Shown here piece after piece: positions 35,788 to 45,404 of a stretch of DNA of 59,996 nt. The notes under the pieces were generated by a model. The model made no database searches and was not told the DNA's origin. It saw only the letters and a list, made by a program, of their open reading frames with translations. The DNA is from Candidatus Parcubacteria bacterium. GTDB taxonomy: Bacteria > Patescibacteriota > Minisyncoccia > Phycocordibacterales > UBA9973. Each line of letters opens with the position of its first letter. Position 1 is the first letter of the stretch. The stretch spans positions 1 to 59,996 of the forward strand of contig JBDKLD010000008.1 of the NCBI GenBank assembly GCA_039795715.1. Reading direction: 5' to 3'. Both the position numbers and the translations under genes were made by a program.

Positions 35788-38700
35788 CTATTTCTCAATC
35801 TTAACTTTATACATATTTTCCTCTATCTTTATCTCCTGCCCATCATTTTCAGTAAAATTGATTTGTGAGACAAGAACAGTTTTCTTGATGTCATCGGCAA
35901 ACTTCTCGAGAAGTTTTTTGCCATCCTCATTTGTTTCAACTGAAAGTGTAATCACATCGGACGGAGTCAGGCCTGCGGCTTTTCTCATATCTTGAAGCGC
36001 GCGCATCAGTTCACGGGCATTGCCTTCGGCGCGGAGCTCGGGAGTAATGTCGGTTATAAGAGTTACTACTGGAGGTGCCTCATCATTTCCAGACGACGAA
36101 AAGGTAACCTCTTTTACATTCAATTCTTCCATAATTATAGACATAAAATCGATTGCCTTGGCTGATGTACTAAAAGGATATTGTCTTACTAATAATTTTG
36201 AAAGTGGCTGACGAACTTTAATCTGATGTTTTTGGCGTTCCTCAAGACCGTAGCTTACAATTTGTCTAACTTGTTTCATATAATCAATCATCTCTTCATC
36301 AACCGTCATAGCTTCCGGCCAAACCGAAAGATGCACACTCTCCGCATCGTTCGCACCTTTCAATTTCTGCCAAATATCTTCTGCGGTAAACGGCGCAAAT
36401 GGAGCGAGTAATTTGATAAATGTTTTTATCACAAAATAGAGCGTAGCCTTCGCATCTTTATTTCCCTCCTTTATTCTGTCTCGAGAGCGTCGCAGGTACC
36501 AAGTAGAAAGATCGTCTACAAACAGATCGATTGGTCTTGTAGCTTCGACAATATCGTAGTTTTCCATTCCTATAGTAACTTCACCGGCAAGTTGGTTGAG
36601 TCGAGACAGTATCCATACATCGAGCACATTTTCAGATGCAGGAACAGTGTCGTTTTCCAAAGACGTATCTCGATAGAGTTCGTAAAAAGTGAGAACGTTA
36701 TAGAAACGTCCGATCAATTTCTTATTAATATCATCAACAAGTTTTTCAGAAAAATTGGCGTCCTCGCCTTTCATGAGCGGACTCGACATGAGGTAAAGTC
36801 TTAGAGCGTCGACACCATATTTATCGAATAAAATCCACGGATCGGGAAAGTTACCTTTAGACTTTGACATTTTCTGACCATCTTCAGCTTGAAGTGTCCC
36901 CGTTGTGACAACATGTTCAAATGGTGCACGATCAAAAAGGATAGAGGAAATAACAAGTGAGTAATAAAACCAGGTACGGGTTTGGGCAATGTACTCGGCA
37001 ACAAAACCGGCTGGAAAATTTTCTTTTTGCCAACTTGGTCTATCAAACGGAAAGTGATCTTGGGCAAAAGGCATTGAGCCTGATTCAAACCAGCAATCTA
37101 TTACTTCAGGGATGCGTTGATACTCGTCCCCGCTTTCATCGACAAGTGTAATCGCGTCAATGTAAGGTCGATGAAAATCAAGTTCAAAGTTAGCATTATG
37201 CGGAAATGGCACAAAATCAATTTTACGATGCTCAGCATTTTGGAAATAGTGATAGTCCGGAACATTTTTTATGGCATCGAGTGCTGCTTCGGTCGAAAGT
37301 GCTTGCGCACCAGTAGTCAGCAGCCAACTTGGTCCGCCGTGTGTCACAATCAAGATTTTTTTATTCTGATGTTTCTGTTCAAGCTCAAAGATAAAATCGA
37401 GCATGCGCTTGCGCACATCAGCATACGACTCACCACCTTCTGGTGCTAGGAAAAAGTTACTCGTCGTTTTAGGAAAAGCATCATGATAATCATTCCATTT
37501 TTTGCCATCATATTTTGGACCAAGCTTCATTTCAACCAACCGGTCGTCTTCGACGACATCACTCACCTTGAGACCATAATGTGCAGCAACTTCATAAGCC
37601 GTCGACTTGGTACGTGAAAACGGCGAGCTAAAAATGAGATCAATGTCGGTTTCTTGTTTGAGCGCAGCCGCAGCATCTTTCGTCACTTTTTTGCCAGCTT
37701 CAGTGAGCGAAGCATGTTCTCCCGGATCATCAGTAATAAGACCTTTGAGATTTGCATCAGTCTCACCATGGCGCATGACATAGTATGTATTTCCAGATTT
37801 TTTAGTTTTTTTCTTGAGTTCTGCGAGTGAACTGATGAACATTGTTTTGCCTTTTTTATTTTTCCAGATTGGCAAAGGCGAAGCCCAGTAACGATTACGC
37901 GAAATAGTCCAATCGGGCGCACTTTCGAGAATTGCGCCAAAGCGTCCGTCTTTGAGATGCGCAGGTACCCAATTCATTTCCTTGGCATGCTCTTGCAGAT
38001 CTTTTTTTACTTTCTGAATATTTACAAACCATGACGGCAAAGCGTAGTAATATAGCGGAGTTTCGCAACGATAGCAGTGCGGATATGAGTGCACAATTTT
38101 TTCTTTTTCAAAAAGATGGTGATTGTGCGCCAAGTATTTAACAATTTCAATATCACCCGCCTGGTGGTTATCTTTTGGTTTTACAAATTGACCGGCAAAA
38201 TGCGTGACTTCATCCTTAAATCTGCCTTGCGATGTGACGTGGATAATCCAAGGCAGACCTTCTTTCTTGGCTAAGTTCATATCGTCTTCGCCGAAAGCTG
38301 GCGCAATGTGAACAATCCCAGTACCCGCATCAAGTGTCACAAAATCCGCGCCAACTACTGACCAAAGTTTATCGGTTTTAATTGCATCATCATGTGTATA
38401 GTAGTCGAAAATCGGCTCGTACTTTTTACCGACAAGATCTTTGCCTTTTACTTCACCGATTACCTCATGAGCAACTTTGACAACTGTGATTCTTTCTTTT
38501 GCCAAAATGTAGGTTGCTTCTTCGATTTTGATTTTTACGTAGTCAAACTCCGGATTGACTGCGAGCGCTACGTTACCGGGCAACGTCCATGGCGTCGTAG
38601 TCCATGCGATCAAATACGTTTTTGGTTCTCCGACGATTGCGAATTTTGCGTAGACAGAAATATCGGTGATATCTTTATAACTATTATCCATCGCGATTTC

Positions 38701-39288
38701 AGAATTCGCGATCGGTGTTTCGCAACGCGGGCAATATGCAAGCACTCTCACTCCTTCATATATGAGATCTTTTTTATTTAACTCGGATAGTGCCCACCAG
38801 ACTGATTCAATGAAATTATTATCCATCGTCTTGTAGCCATTATCAAAATCAACCCAACGACCAATACGATCAACGGTCTTTTTCCACTCTCCAACGTACG
38901 TCAAAACTTTACTACGGGCTGTTTCTGTAAACTTTTCTATGCCATATGCCTCAATATCTTTTCTTCCAGATATACCAAGTTCCTTTTCAACAATATTTTC
39001 AATCGGCAAACCATGACAATCCCAACCCCAACGACGAGGAACATGGTAACCTTGCATCGTCTTATAACGACCAACAACATCTTTTGCTGTACTACCAAGG
39101 ATGTGACCATAGTGAGGAAGCCCTGTGGCAAATGGCGGACCATCATAAAATACATAGTTCCCTCTTGGAGAAGACTTAGAGAGTGATTTTTGGAACATAC
39201 CCTCGCTCTGCCAAAAAGCCAAGATTTTTTCTTCGCGCTCAGCTTGGGGAGATTTCTTTTGTTCCTTGGCGTCTTTGTTGATATCCAT
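35788..39288 (-). CDS. ileS: Isoleucyl-tRNA synthetase (type 2-like) carrying an internal histidine-phosphatase domain
   Basis: PPFATGLPHYGH (HIGH), editing-domain WTTTPWTLPGN, CYRCETPL, WTISRNRYWASPLPIW, RIPEVIDCWFESGSMP, KMSKSKGN. 1166 aa. Confidence 0.95.
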   Translation of the reverse strand: MDINKDAKEQKKSPQAEREEKILAFWQSEGMFQKSLSKSSPRGNYVFYDGPPFATGLPHYGHILGSTAKDVVGRYKTMQGYHVPRRWGWDCHGLPIENIVEKELGISGRKDIEAYGIEKFTETARSKVLTYVGEWKKTVDRIGRWVDFDNGYKTMDNNFIESVWWALSELNKKDLIYEGVRVLAYCPRCETPIANSEIAMDNSYKDITDISVYAKFAIVGEPKTYLIAWTTTPWTLPGNVALAVNPEFDYVKIKIEEATYILAKERITVVKVAHEVIGEVKGKDLVGKKYEPIFDYYTHDDAIKTDKLWSVVGADFVTLDAGTGIVHIAPAFGEDDMNLAKKEGLPWIIHVTSQGRFKDEVTHFAGQFVKPKDNHQAGDIEIVKYLAHNHHLFEKEKIVHSYPHCYRCETPLYYYALPSWFVNIQKVKKDLQEHAKEMNWVPAHLKDGRFGAILESAPDWTISRNRYWASPLPIWKNKKGKTMFISSLAELKKKTKKSGNTYYVMRHGETDANLKGLITDDPGEHASLTEAGKKVTKDAAAALKQETDIDLIFSSPFSRTKSTAYEVAAHYGLKVSDVVEDDRLVEMKLGPKYDGKKWNDYHDAFPKTTSNFFLAPEGGESYADVRKRMLDFIFELEQKHQNKKILIVTHGGPSWLLTTGAQALSTEAALDAIKNVPDYHYFQNAEHRKIDFVPFPHNANFELDFHRPYIDAITLVDESGDEYQRIPEVIDCWFESGSMPFAQDHFPFDRPSWQKENFPAGFVAEYIAQTRTWFYYSLVISSILFDRAPFEHVVTTGTLQAEDGQKMSKSKGNFPDPWILFDKYGVDALRLYLMSSPLMKGEDANFSEKLVDDINKKLIGRFYNVLTFYELYRDTSLENDTVPASENVLDVWILSRLNQLAGEVTIGMENYDIVEATRPIDLFVDDLSTWYLRRSRDRIKEGNKDAKATLYFVIKTFIKLLAPFAPFTAEDIWQKLKGANDAESVHLSVWPEAMTVDEEMIDYMKQVRQIVSYGLEERQKHQIKVRQPLSKLLVRQYPFSTSAKAIDFMSIIMEELNVKEVTFSSSGNDEAPPVVTLITDITPELRAEGNARELMRALQDMRKAAGLTPSDVITLSVETNEDGKKLLEKFADDIKKTVLVSQINFTENDGQEIKIEENMYKVKIEK
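37198..37788 (-). other. Histidine phosphatase superfamily (PGAM-like, branch 1) domain inserted in ileS, aa ~501-697
   Basis: TYYVMRHGETDAN (RHG catalytic His, Asn), SSPFSRTKSTA (Arg), GGESYADV (Glu), ILIVTHGG (second His). In frame and uninterrupted within ileS. Confidence 0.8.
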
Positions 39289-39393
39289 ATCGGTATTTAT
39301 AAACGTAGCCTTATACTAGCAAAATTGAGGTTATTTTGAAATATTGCGTTTGGCACAGAATTTAGTGATAGCAATAAGTAAATATCGGGCAAT

Positions 39394-39418
39394 AAAAAAG
39401 CACCCAAAACGAGTGCTT
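39394..39418 (-). terminator. Rho-independent terminator overlapping the stop of the HD-domain gene
   Basis: Minus strand reads AAGCACtcgttttggGTGCTT followed by ttttttatt. Confidence 0.6.
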
Positions 39419-40061
39419 AGATAACATACATAAATCTTCCGATATTTTCTTTTGCCAAATCTTCATATTTTGTAAAGTGGTATGTGCCAAAAATTTTCCG
39501 AGCAAGAAATCGCTTGAGAAATATTTTTTGACCATATATGAATTCACCCCTACTACATACGGCACGATGTTCCCTCGCCAGTTTCTCGGCATTACCTTTG
39601 AACACTTCCCATGGTACAGCTAGAGAAGAGAGGTCGATATCGGTGACAAGCCATTCATCTTCTTTCTCCGGTGCATGATCATGCCTGGTAGCCAGAATGT
39701 ATCGCTCTATGTCGCAAATGTAATTTTCATTTACCCCAAGCTTTGTGAGGCAACTCCTGGCGAGCTTCGCGGAAAGTACTTCATTTTCTGGAAAACCCGG
39801 AATGTAGACTGCGTCATGGAAGAAGAGCGCAGCATAAACATTTTGACGTGCGAGATACCCTTGAGAGTAATCAATTTTTAAAATCCGGAGTACCTTTTCC
39901 AAACAATCAGTGAGGTGAAAAAGTGTATGGTAGTGGCGATGATTTTCGCCGTACATAGCTTTGATACTCGCAATGAGCGATGGCACAAAGATCAACCGAT
40001 CTGGCTTGCAGGTAATATGGCTATTGAATGTCTCGAGAGACAAAGGATCTATTTTTTTCAT
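39417..40061 (-). CDS. HD-superfamily metal-dependent phosphohydrolase (COG4339-like)
   Basis: HRHYHTLFHLTDCL and FFHDAVY are the H...HD metal-binding motifs. ATG 40061 preferred over the TTG at 40076. Confidence 0.65.
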   Translation of the reverse strand: MKKIDPLSLETFNSHITCKPDRLIFVPSLIASIKAMYGENHRHYHTLFHLTDCLEKVLRILKIDYSQGYLARQNVYAALFFHDAVYIPGFPENEVLSAKLARSCLTKLGVNENYICDIERYILATRHDHAPEKEDEWLVTDIDLSSLAVPWEVFKGNAEKLAREHRAVCSRGEFIYGQKIFLKRFLARKIFGTYHFTKYEDLAKENIGRFMYVI

Positions 40062-40129
40062 GAGAATTTTTCCCAACTATACTGACATCAAGGAAAATAG
40101 CAAGCGACGGAAAACTACAAAAAGCCATA

Positions 40130-40153
40130 AAAAAGCTCCCTTTATCAGGGAGC
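40130..40153 (-). terminator. Rho-independent terminator
   Basis: Minus strand reads GCTCCCTgataaAGGGAGC followed by ttttt. Confidence 0.65.
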
Positions 40154-40160
40154 AATGCAA

Positions 40161-40958
40161 TTAGTTATTTTCGTACACTCTTCTTTTCATGTCATTTGGA
40201 ATAATTTTCTGATTGTAGAAAGGAACGGCTTTCATTTTCAGAGCAGATGCCTTGACGTATTCTTTTTTTGCACCAACTGAGCTTTCCCAATTTGGTAATT
40301 GAAGAAGTGTTGAAAACTTCCCTGTTTCCATAAGTGGAAAATAGAACCTATCTAAAAATACTTGCCCAAAATATCCGCGAATCTCATGTTTTTTTATCTC
40401 ATGGACAGCACTGAAAAGTGGCTGGAATGACATTTGATTGAAAACCCGATAACCACTGTTGGCAGCGTTCGCAACTGCATTACTAAATGCAGTAAGATTT
40501 TCTTCTTTTGTTCCGCCACCCGTACTAATTGGTCCAGAAACCAATGCTAATGTGTGCTGGTCGTTTATGACATCAAGTGCAAGTAAAAATGCTTTTTCGA
40601 GGGCATTGTCATACGGCTTGATCGCATAGAGTTTTTCTAGGTGTTCATTGGTCCAATTGTAACGATGCAAAAATTGAAATGTGCCGACTTTCTGACCTAA
40701 AACTTTTGTACCCAAAATAGCAATATGGTCATCGACAAAAGTATCTTTGAAACCGGGAACAAACTTTGGGATAGCAACGAAAGGATGGTCATGGATGTCG
40801 GTTTCGTGGAAACAAATACCGACTATTTCGTTTGTGTCTGAAGCGACTTTCATGAGACGATCGTAGTCTGGATGATCAAAGTAAGGAGCTTCGAGATGTG
40901 TGCCAACTTTGGCAATGAGGGAGAGCAATTCTGGTTTGGTGTCTTTGTATCTTTTCAT
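40161..40958 (-). CDS. Hypothetical protein (possibly nucleoside-metabolism related by context)
   Basis: Clean ORF between the PNP and HD genes. The segment LVSGPISTGGGTKEEN is vaguely Rossmann/deoxyribosyltransferase-like, but this is not diagnostic. Confidence 0.45.
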   Translation of the reverse strand: MKRYKDTKPELLSLIAKVGTHLEAPYFDHPDYDRLMKVASDTNEIVGICFHETDIHDHPFVAIPKFVPGFKDTFVDDHIAILGTKVLGQKVGTFQFLHRYNWTNEHLEKLYAIKPYDNALEKAFLLALDVINDQHTLALVSGPISTGGGTKEENLTAFSNAVANAANSGYRVFNQMSFQPLFSAVHEIKKHEIRGYFGQVFLDRFYFPLMETGKFSTLLQLPNWESSVGAKKEYVKASALKMKAVPFYNQKIIPNDMKRRVYENN

Positions 40959-41017
40959 GGTATTCGATTTTAAAAATGTTCGTTTGCATAGTATCAAATA
41001 TTAGTGTTTTGTCAAAT

Positions 41018-41038
41018 AAAAAACTCTCTTTCGAGAGT
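41018..41038 (-). terminator. Rho-independent terminator after the PNP gene
   Basis: Minus strand reads ACTCTCgaaaGAGAGT followed by tttttatt. Confidence 0.6.
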
Positions 41039-41039
41039 C

Positions 41040-41906
41040 CTATTTAACCGCGATGATTAAACTCCGAACAACATCCGTAAGCTTGGCGTCATTTTCTTTT
41101 GCCATTCTTGTAACCTCTGAGTGAGAAACCGCATGGGCATTTTCATCAAAATGATTGTTGGTGATGAGCGACACACCAGCGATACTGATTTTCGGATTCT
41201 GAGCTTTAATCGCCCAAACTTCTGGCACAGTAGACATACCGACAGAGTTGAAGCCACGATCCCGCAAGTCTATGGCAGTACAAGGGCTTTCATATTCTGG
41301 GCCTTGAACCGCAAAATAGCTACCTAGGGAATTTGGAAATTTCGCTCTAAAGTACCAATTGAGGTCAAACAAATTTGAACAGTTCACAAATCTTCTATTA
41401 TCTTCAAAGAAAGCGATATTGGGACTTGGAATATTCCCCGCGCAATCTTTCAAGAAAATAATTTTCCCGGCTTCAAAAGTGAGCCCTCCAGCCGCATTGA
41501 GCAAAATAAAATTCTTGGCACCGTAGCGAATGCAAACCCTCATCATAAACGCTGCTTCGTGAGCAGATCCGCTTTCGTAAAAATGATGCCTGCCTTGGAG
41601 AAGCCAGAGCACGAGTCGTCGTGGCTTTTTCTTCTTGCCATCAAACGACTGGTGTACCGTGACTTCAGCAACGACGAGCATACCGATATGGTTTGCGACA
41701 GTTGGCACAGGAAAGCCAATTTTTTTATAAGGAACCATCATGGTAAATCTGCCATTTTTTCGAATCACGTCGAGTAATCCTTCAATTGGCGCACTACCTT
41801 GCTGGATGACAATATCTGGCTTTTCAATACCGCCAGTGGTGAGAATTTTCTGAGCAGAATTTTCAATTCTTTTCTTGTATTTGCTGATGTAGTCTCTATC
41901 TATCAT
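41040..41906 (-). CDS. Purine nucleoside phosphorylase / MTA phosphorylase family (trimeric PNP type)
   Basis: SVGMSTVPEVWAIKA and VSLITNN are hallmark PNP/MTAP motifs. Length is 288 aa. Confidence 0.8.
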   Translation of the reverse strand: MIDRDYISKYKKRIENSAQKILTTGGIEKPDIVIQQGSAPIEGLLDVIRKNGRFTMMVPYKKIGFPVPTVANHIGMLVVAEVTVHQSFDGKKKKPRRLVLWLLQGRHHFYESGSAHEAAFMMRVCIRYGAKNFILLNAAGGLTFEAGKIIFLKDCAGNIPSPNIAFFEDNRRFVNCSNLFDLNWYFRAKFPNSLGSYFAVQGPEYESPCTAIDLRDRGFNSVGMSTVPEVWAIKAQNPKISIAGVSLITNNHFDENAHAVSHSEVTRMAKENDAKLTDVVRSLIIAVK

Positions 41907-42008
41907 ATGTAGTTATTTAAAATTGTTTTGCTATTTCTACATGATATTGGTTATTTTGTCAAACAAAAAAACCGCTCCAAACTGAAGCGATTTTTTCATA
42001 ATATTTTC

Positions 42009-43064
42009 TTAAGCAAAAACAAATTTCGGTATGTATCCCCTCCGATTGAGGTAGAAAATCACAAGCAAAGCGAGCACTATAACAATAATTGTCGGATTGA
42101 CAGGAGAAAAGATTTTCGCCAAGCCCCAAACGCTTATCCAGTTGGCATTGATAGTGCCATTTACTGTTTCTATGTTATCAGTGAATGTTTCATCTTGTTT
42201 GACATTGTTATCTTGATTGAGTTTGGCAGCCGCGATTTGGTTATTGTAGTTTTTCTGCTGGGTATTGTAGCTAGTATTTTCTTCGGCTTTCTTTTGCTCA
42301 AGCATTGATTTTTCCCAAATCTTTGTATTTTGCTGTGAAGTCAGCAAGTTCTTCTGTGTTTGGTCAGTTGAGGCAGCAGCTTCTGTTGTCTTGGCGTTTA
42401 TTTCTGTCTGCTTAGTTGCGATTTGCTCATTGAGCGTCGCCAATGTTTGATTGTGCTTTGTGGCTAGCGAAGCCTTGGCTTTTTCAAGCGCAGAAAGGTT
42501 GTTGCTAATATCTTCTGCTTGTTGCTCTATTCCCTGCTTCTGACTGAGAAGGTTTGTTGAAGACTCAGAAACATTTACCAATTTTTCATTGGTTAGGCTT
42601 TCGATTTCATCCTTGAATGCTTCAAACTTAGACTTTGGCACAACAAAAGAAATGTAGCCGTACTTATCTGTGCTACTTATATTATCCACTCGCCCATCCG
42701 CACCTTTGACAATATTCTTGGCGTCTTTGATCACGTCGGCAACATGCCTTGTATAAATCACTGCATTGTAATTTGTCTTGAGGAATTCACGTGTGTCTTT
42801 GTATGAAGATTGTTCATTGTATGGGTATGGATAGATATCCGGCATCATTCCATTACCAGCAGTATCTGTTTCCATCATTGGTGGCATTGTCATCCCTGGA
42901 TATCTATAATTACTACTAGTGCCCATACTCGGACCAACACCAAGTGTAGTACCTAAGTATCCACGAACAAACCAGCCCAAAAAGATGACAGCGACAATCA
43001 CCACAAGCCACGTCACTTTTTTCTTTGAGATTTTAATTATTTTACGAGTGTCATTATTTTCCAT
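42009..43064 (-). CDS. DUF4349-like membrane protein (N- and C-terminal TM helices, central coiled coil)
   Basis: TM WLVVIVAVIFLGWFV, a Q/N/T-rich coiled-coil segment, and a C-terminal TM TIIVIVLALLVIFYL. This architecture is typical of DUF4349 proteins. Confidence 0.5.
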   Translation of the reverse strand: MENNDTRKIIKISKKKVTWLVVIVAVIFLGWFVRGYLGTTLGVGPSMGTSSNYRYPGMTMPPMMETDTAGNGMMPDIYPYPYNEQSSYKDTREFLKTNYNAVIYTRHVADVIKDAKNIVKGADGRVDNISSTDKYGYISFVVPKSKFEAFKDEIESLTNEKLVNVSESSTNLLSQKQGIEQQAEDISNNLSALEKAKASLATKHNQTLATLNEQIATKQTEINAKTTEAAASTDQTQKNLLTSQQNTKIWEKSMLEQKKAEENTSYNTQQKNYNNQIAAAKLNQDNNVKQDETFTDNIETVNGTINANWISVWGLAKIFSPVNPTIIVIVLALLVIFYLNRRGYIPKFVFA

Positions 43065-43141
43065 AGTTATATTTTCTATTAGTAATGACCTAATAGTGGC
43101 ATATATATGTTTTTCAGCAAGCACGACCCAGGAAAACGAAA

Positions 43142-44854
43142 TTACATTTTCGCTGGAACTTTGAGCCCGAGCAGGTGCAAGCCTTTGGTGAGCACAGTCG
43201 CAACCGCACCTGAAACCGCAATTTTGTATGAGCTTGTTGGGTCTTCGGCGTCGATGATAGTTTCGGTCGCGTAGAAAAAGTTGAATGCGCCGGCGAGCTC
43301 CATGAGGTATGTCGCGATGTGGTGAGGTTGGCGTTCTTCAACTGCGCGCAGTGACGCAAAAGGAAAACGTTCGAGAATGCGCTCGATTGGAAGGGTGACA
43401 TCGGTTGGATTGTGGAGGTGTGTTTTGATACTGGCTTCTTCGGATTTGCGACAAATCGCTCGCGCACGGGTTGTAGCGTACTGCAAGTACGGGCCCGAGT
43501 CGCCGTCAAAAGAAATAGATTTGTCAAAATCGTAAATAATATCCATGCCGATATTGGAGCGCAAAATAGAATACTTCACTGCCGCAACACCAACAGCTTC
43601 AGCGACAACTTCGCGTTCATCGTGTGTAAACTCGCGATCTTTGGTTATGGTCATGATGGCTTCTTTTGCATCGCGAATGAGCGACTCGCCAGTGACGACA
43701 TTGCCGAGGCGCGACGACATTTTCCCTGTCGCAAAGCGCATCATACCGTGCGTGATGTGTTCCATTCTCTCGGCGTAATTTTCGCTCGGAAACATTTGGC
43801 GAATGGCTTCGGTGACGACATCCATGTAGTCCTTCTGCTCTACGGCAGTGGTGACGATAGAGAGATCAGGTTCAAGCTCGGTGAACTTTGTTACAGTGAG
43901 GGCAAGTTCCTTGGCGTCGTAGAGCGGCAAACCGTTACTCGTCAGGAAAACGCGAGTGTGCAGTTTTAGATTGTGCTTCTCTGCATGGAAAATAATCGCG
44001 CCTTCAGAATCTTCAAATACACCTTTGTCTTTGTACTCTCTGACAAGTTCGGCGCCACGAGTCGCCATCTCGGATTCAAAGTAGTATTTGTCGAACTTGG
44101 TGCCGAGTATTGCATAGAGTGCTTCAAAAGCTTCGAGTGTAACTTTGCGTCCCTCATCATAAAGCGCAGTATAGTCGCTAGTCTTTTCATATAGTTTTTT
44201 ATTGAGCACATCTATTTCCGCCTTTGCAACTTCGTCTTTTTCATAAATACTGTTGCCATACGAATAGCATTCGCCGATGAAGTTAGCTTTTTCGCTGACC
44301 GAGTTGCCGAGAATTTGTCCACCTTTTTTTACAATACCGTAAATAGCAATTGCTACATGGAGACCAATGTCGCCTTGGTAATTGGCACGAGTAACTTGTC
44401 CGCCATGAAATTCTACGAGTCGTGCAATCGATTCGCCAATTGCATTCGACATGAGGTGTCCGATATGGAAAGGCTTGAAAGGGTTTGGCTGTGTATATTC
44501 GACAATCACTTTTTTATTATCAAAAATGTCACTCTTGCCGAAGTGCTCGCCGTCACGAAGGATGAATTCCAAAATACTGGTGTAGTAGTCACGCGAGAGA
44601 TGGAAGTTTATGAAGCCCGGACCAGCAACATCAACCGAGGAAATGTATGGTGGCAAGGCTTTCTGCATTTCTGCCACAATTGTTTCAGCTATTACTTTTG
44701 GCGCTTTGCCGTACTGTTTGGAAATAGAAAGTGCTGTTGATGACATGTAATCACCGCGCCCCGACTCTTTTGGATATGTAATCTCAGGCTTGCCAACCAT
44801 GTAGCCAGCCTTGAGCATCGTTTCTTCTAAAAATGTTTGGAGTAATTCTTTCAT
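43142..44854 (-). CDS. argS: Arginyl-tRNA synthetase
   Basis: NPFKPFHIGHLMSNAIGESIARL (HIGH), MSSRLGN (degenerate KMSKS typical of ArgRS), and a C-terminal DALR domain ending in M. Confidence 0.93.
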   Translation of the reverse strand: MKELLQTFLEETMLKAGYMVGKPEITYPKESGRGDYMSSTALSISKQYGKAPKVIAETIVAEMQKALPPYISSVDVAGPGFINFHLSRDYYTSILEFILRDGEHFGKSDIFDNKKVIVEYTQPNPFKPFHIGHLMSNAIGESIARLVEFHGGQVTRANYQGDIGLHVAIAIYGIVKKGGQILGNSVSEKANFIGECYSYGNSIYEKDEVAKAEIDVLNKKLYEKTSDYTALYDEGRKVTLEAFEALYAILGTKFDKYYFESEMATRGAELVREYKDKGVFEDSEGAIIFHAEKHNLKLHTRVFLTSNGLPLYDAKELALTVTKFTELEPDLSIVTTAVEQKDYMDVVTEAIRQMFPSENYAERMEHITHGMMRFATGKMSSRLGNVVTGESLIRDAKEAIMTITKDREFTHDEREVVAEAVGVAAVKYSILRSNIGMDIIYDFDKSISFDGDSGPYLQYATTRARAICRKSEEASIKTHLHNPTDVTLPIERILERFPFASLRAVEERQPHHIATYLMELAGAFNFFYATETIIDAEDPTSSYKIAVSGAVATVLTKGLHLLGLKVPAKM

Positions 44855-44896
44855 GTTTTGTTGAAAATAAATTGATGGAAAATTAATCTGAGTGTA

Positions 44897-45334
44897 CTAC
44901 TTCCCCGTGCTACCGAAGCGCCCTTCACCGCGAGATGTGTCCGACAACTCTGTCGCTTCGGAAATCTTGGCGATTGCGACGACATACATAATTATTTGCG
45001 CAACTTTATCACCCTTCTCTACAGTATATGGCTCAGTAGACAGATTGACGAGGTGTACATTGTACTCACCACGATAACCGGCATCAAAAACGCCACCCAT
45101 GACATGAAGCCCAGATTTTGAAATACTGCCCTTGTCCGCCATAATTGCCGCGAAACCTTCAGGGAATTCAAGCGCAAAACCAAGATCAAAGATGTGGTGC
45201 CCACCTGGTGGCACCGTTACTGTTTCCGTACTCCTTACATCCAAGCCAACGTCACCCGGATGAGCATAGCTCGGCAAAATAGCCTCGGTGTTCAGTTTTT
45301 TAACCTTGATTTCCACGCGGTTATAGTAACACAA
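44897..45334 (-). CDS. dut: dUTP diphosphatase
   Basis: PSYAHPGDVGLDV, GVFDAGYRGE, and C-terminal SRGEGRFGSTG. The start is uncertain: the track start 45334 is TTG, and GTG at 45316 gives an N-terminus that aligns with E. coli Dut. Confidence 0.88.
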   Translation of the reverse strand: MCYYNRVEIKVKKLNTEAILPSYAHPGDVGLDVRSTETVTVPPGGHHIFDLGFALEFPEGFAAIMADKGSISKSGLHVMGGVFDAGYRGEYNVHLVNLSTEPYTVEKGDKVAQIIMYVVAIAKISEATELSDTSRGEGRFGSTGK

Positions 45335-45404
45335 AGCAGCAAAAATGACTGTTTGACTTTATGGTGAATAAAAGTAAAGTTAGACAAAATCTAAAAAACT
45401 CAAT

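Noticed and set aside
39289-39416. T-box or other leader riboswitches upstream of the aaRS genes ileS, metG, glyQS and argS.
   Set aside because: The spacers are too short (4-128 nt). There is no T-box sequence (AANNNGGGTGGNACCGCG-like) and no specifier hairpin. ileS appears leaderless.
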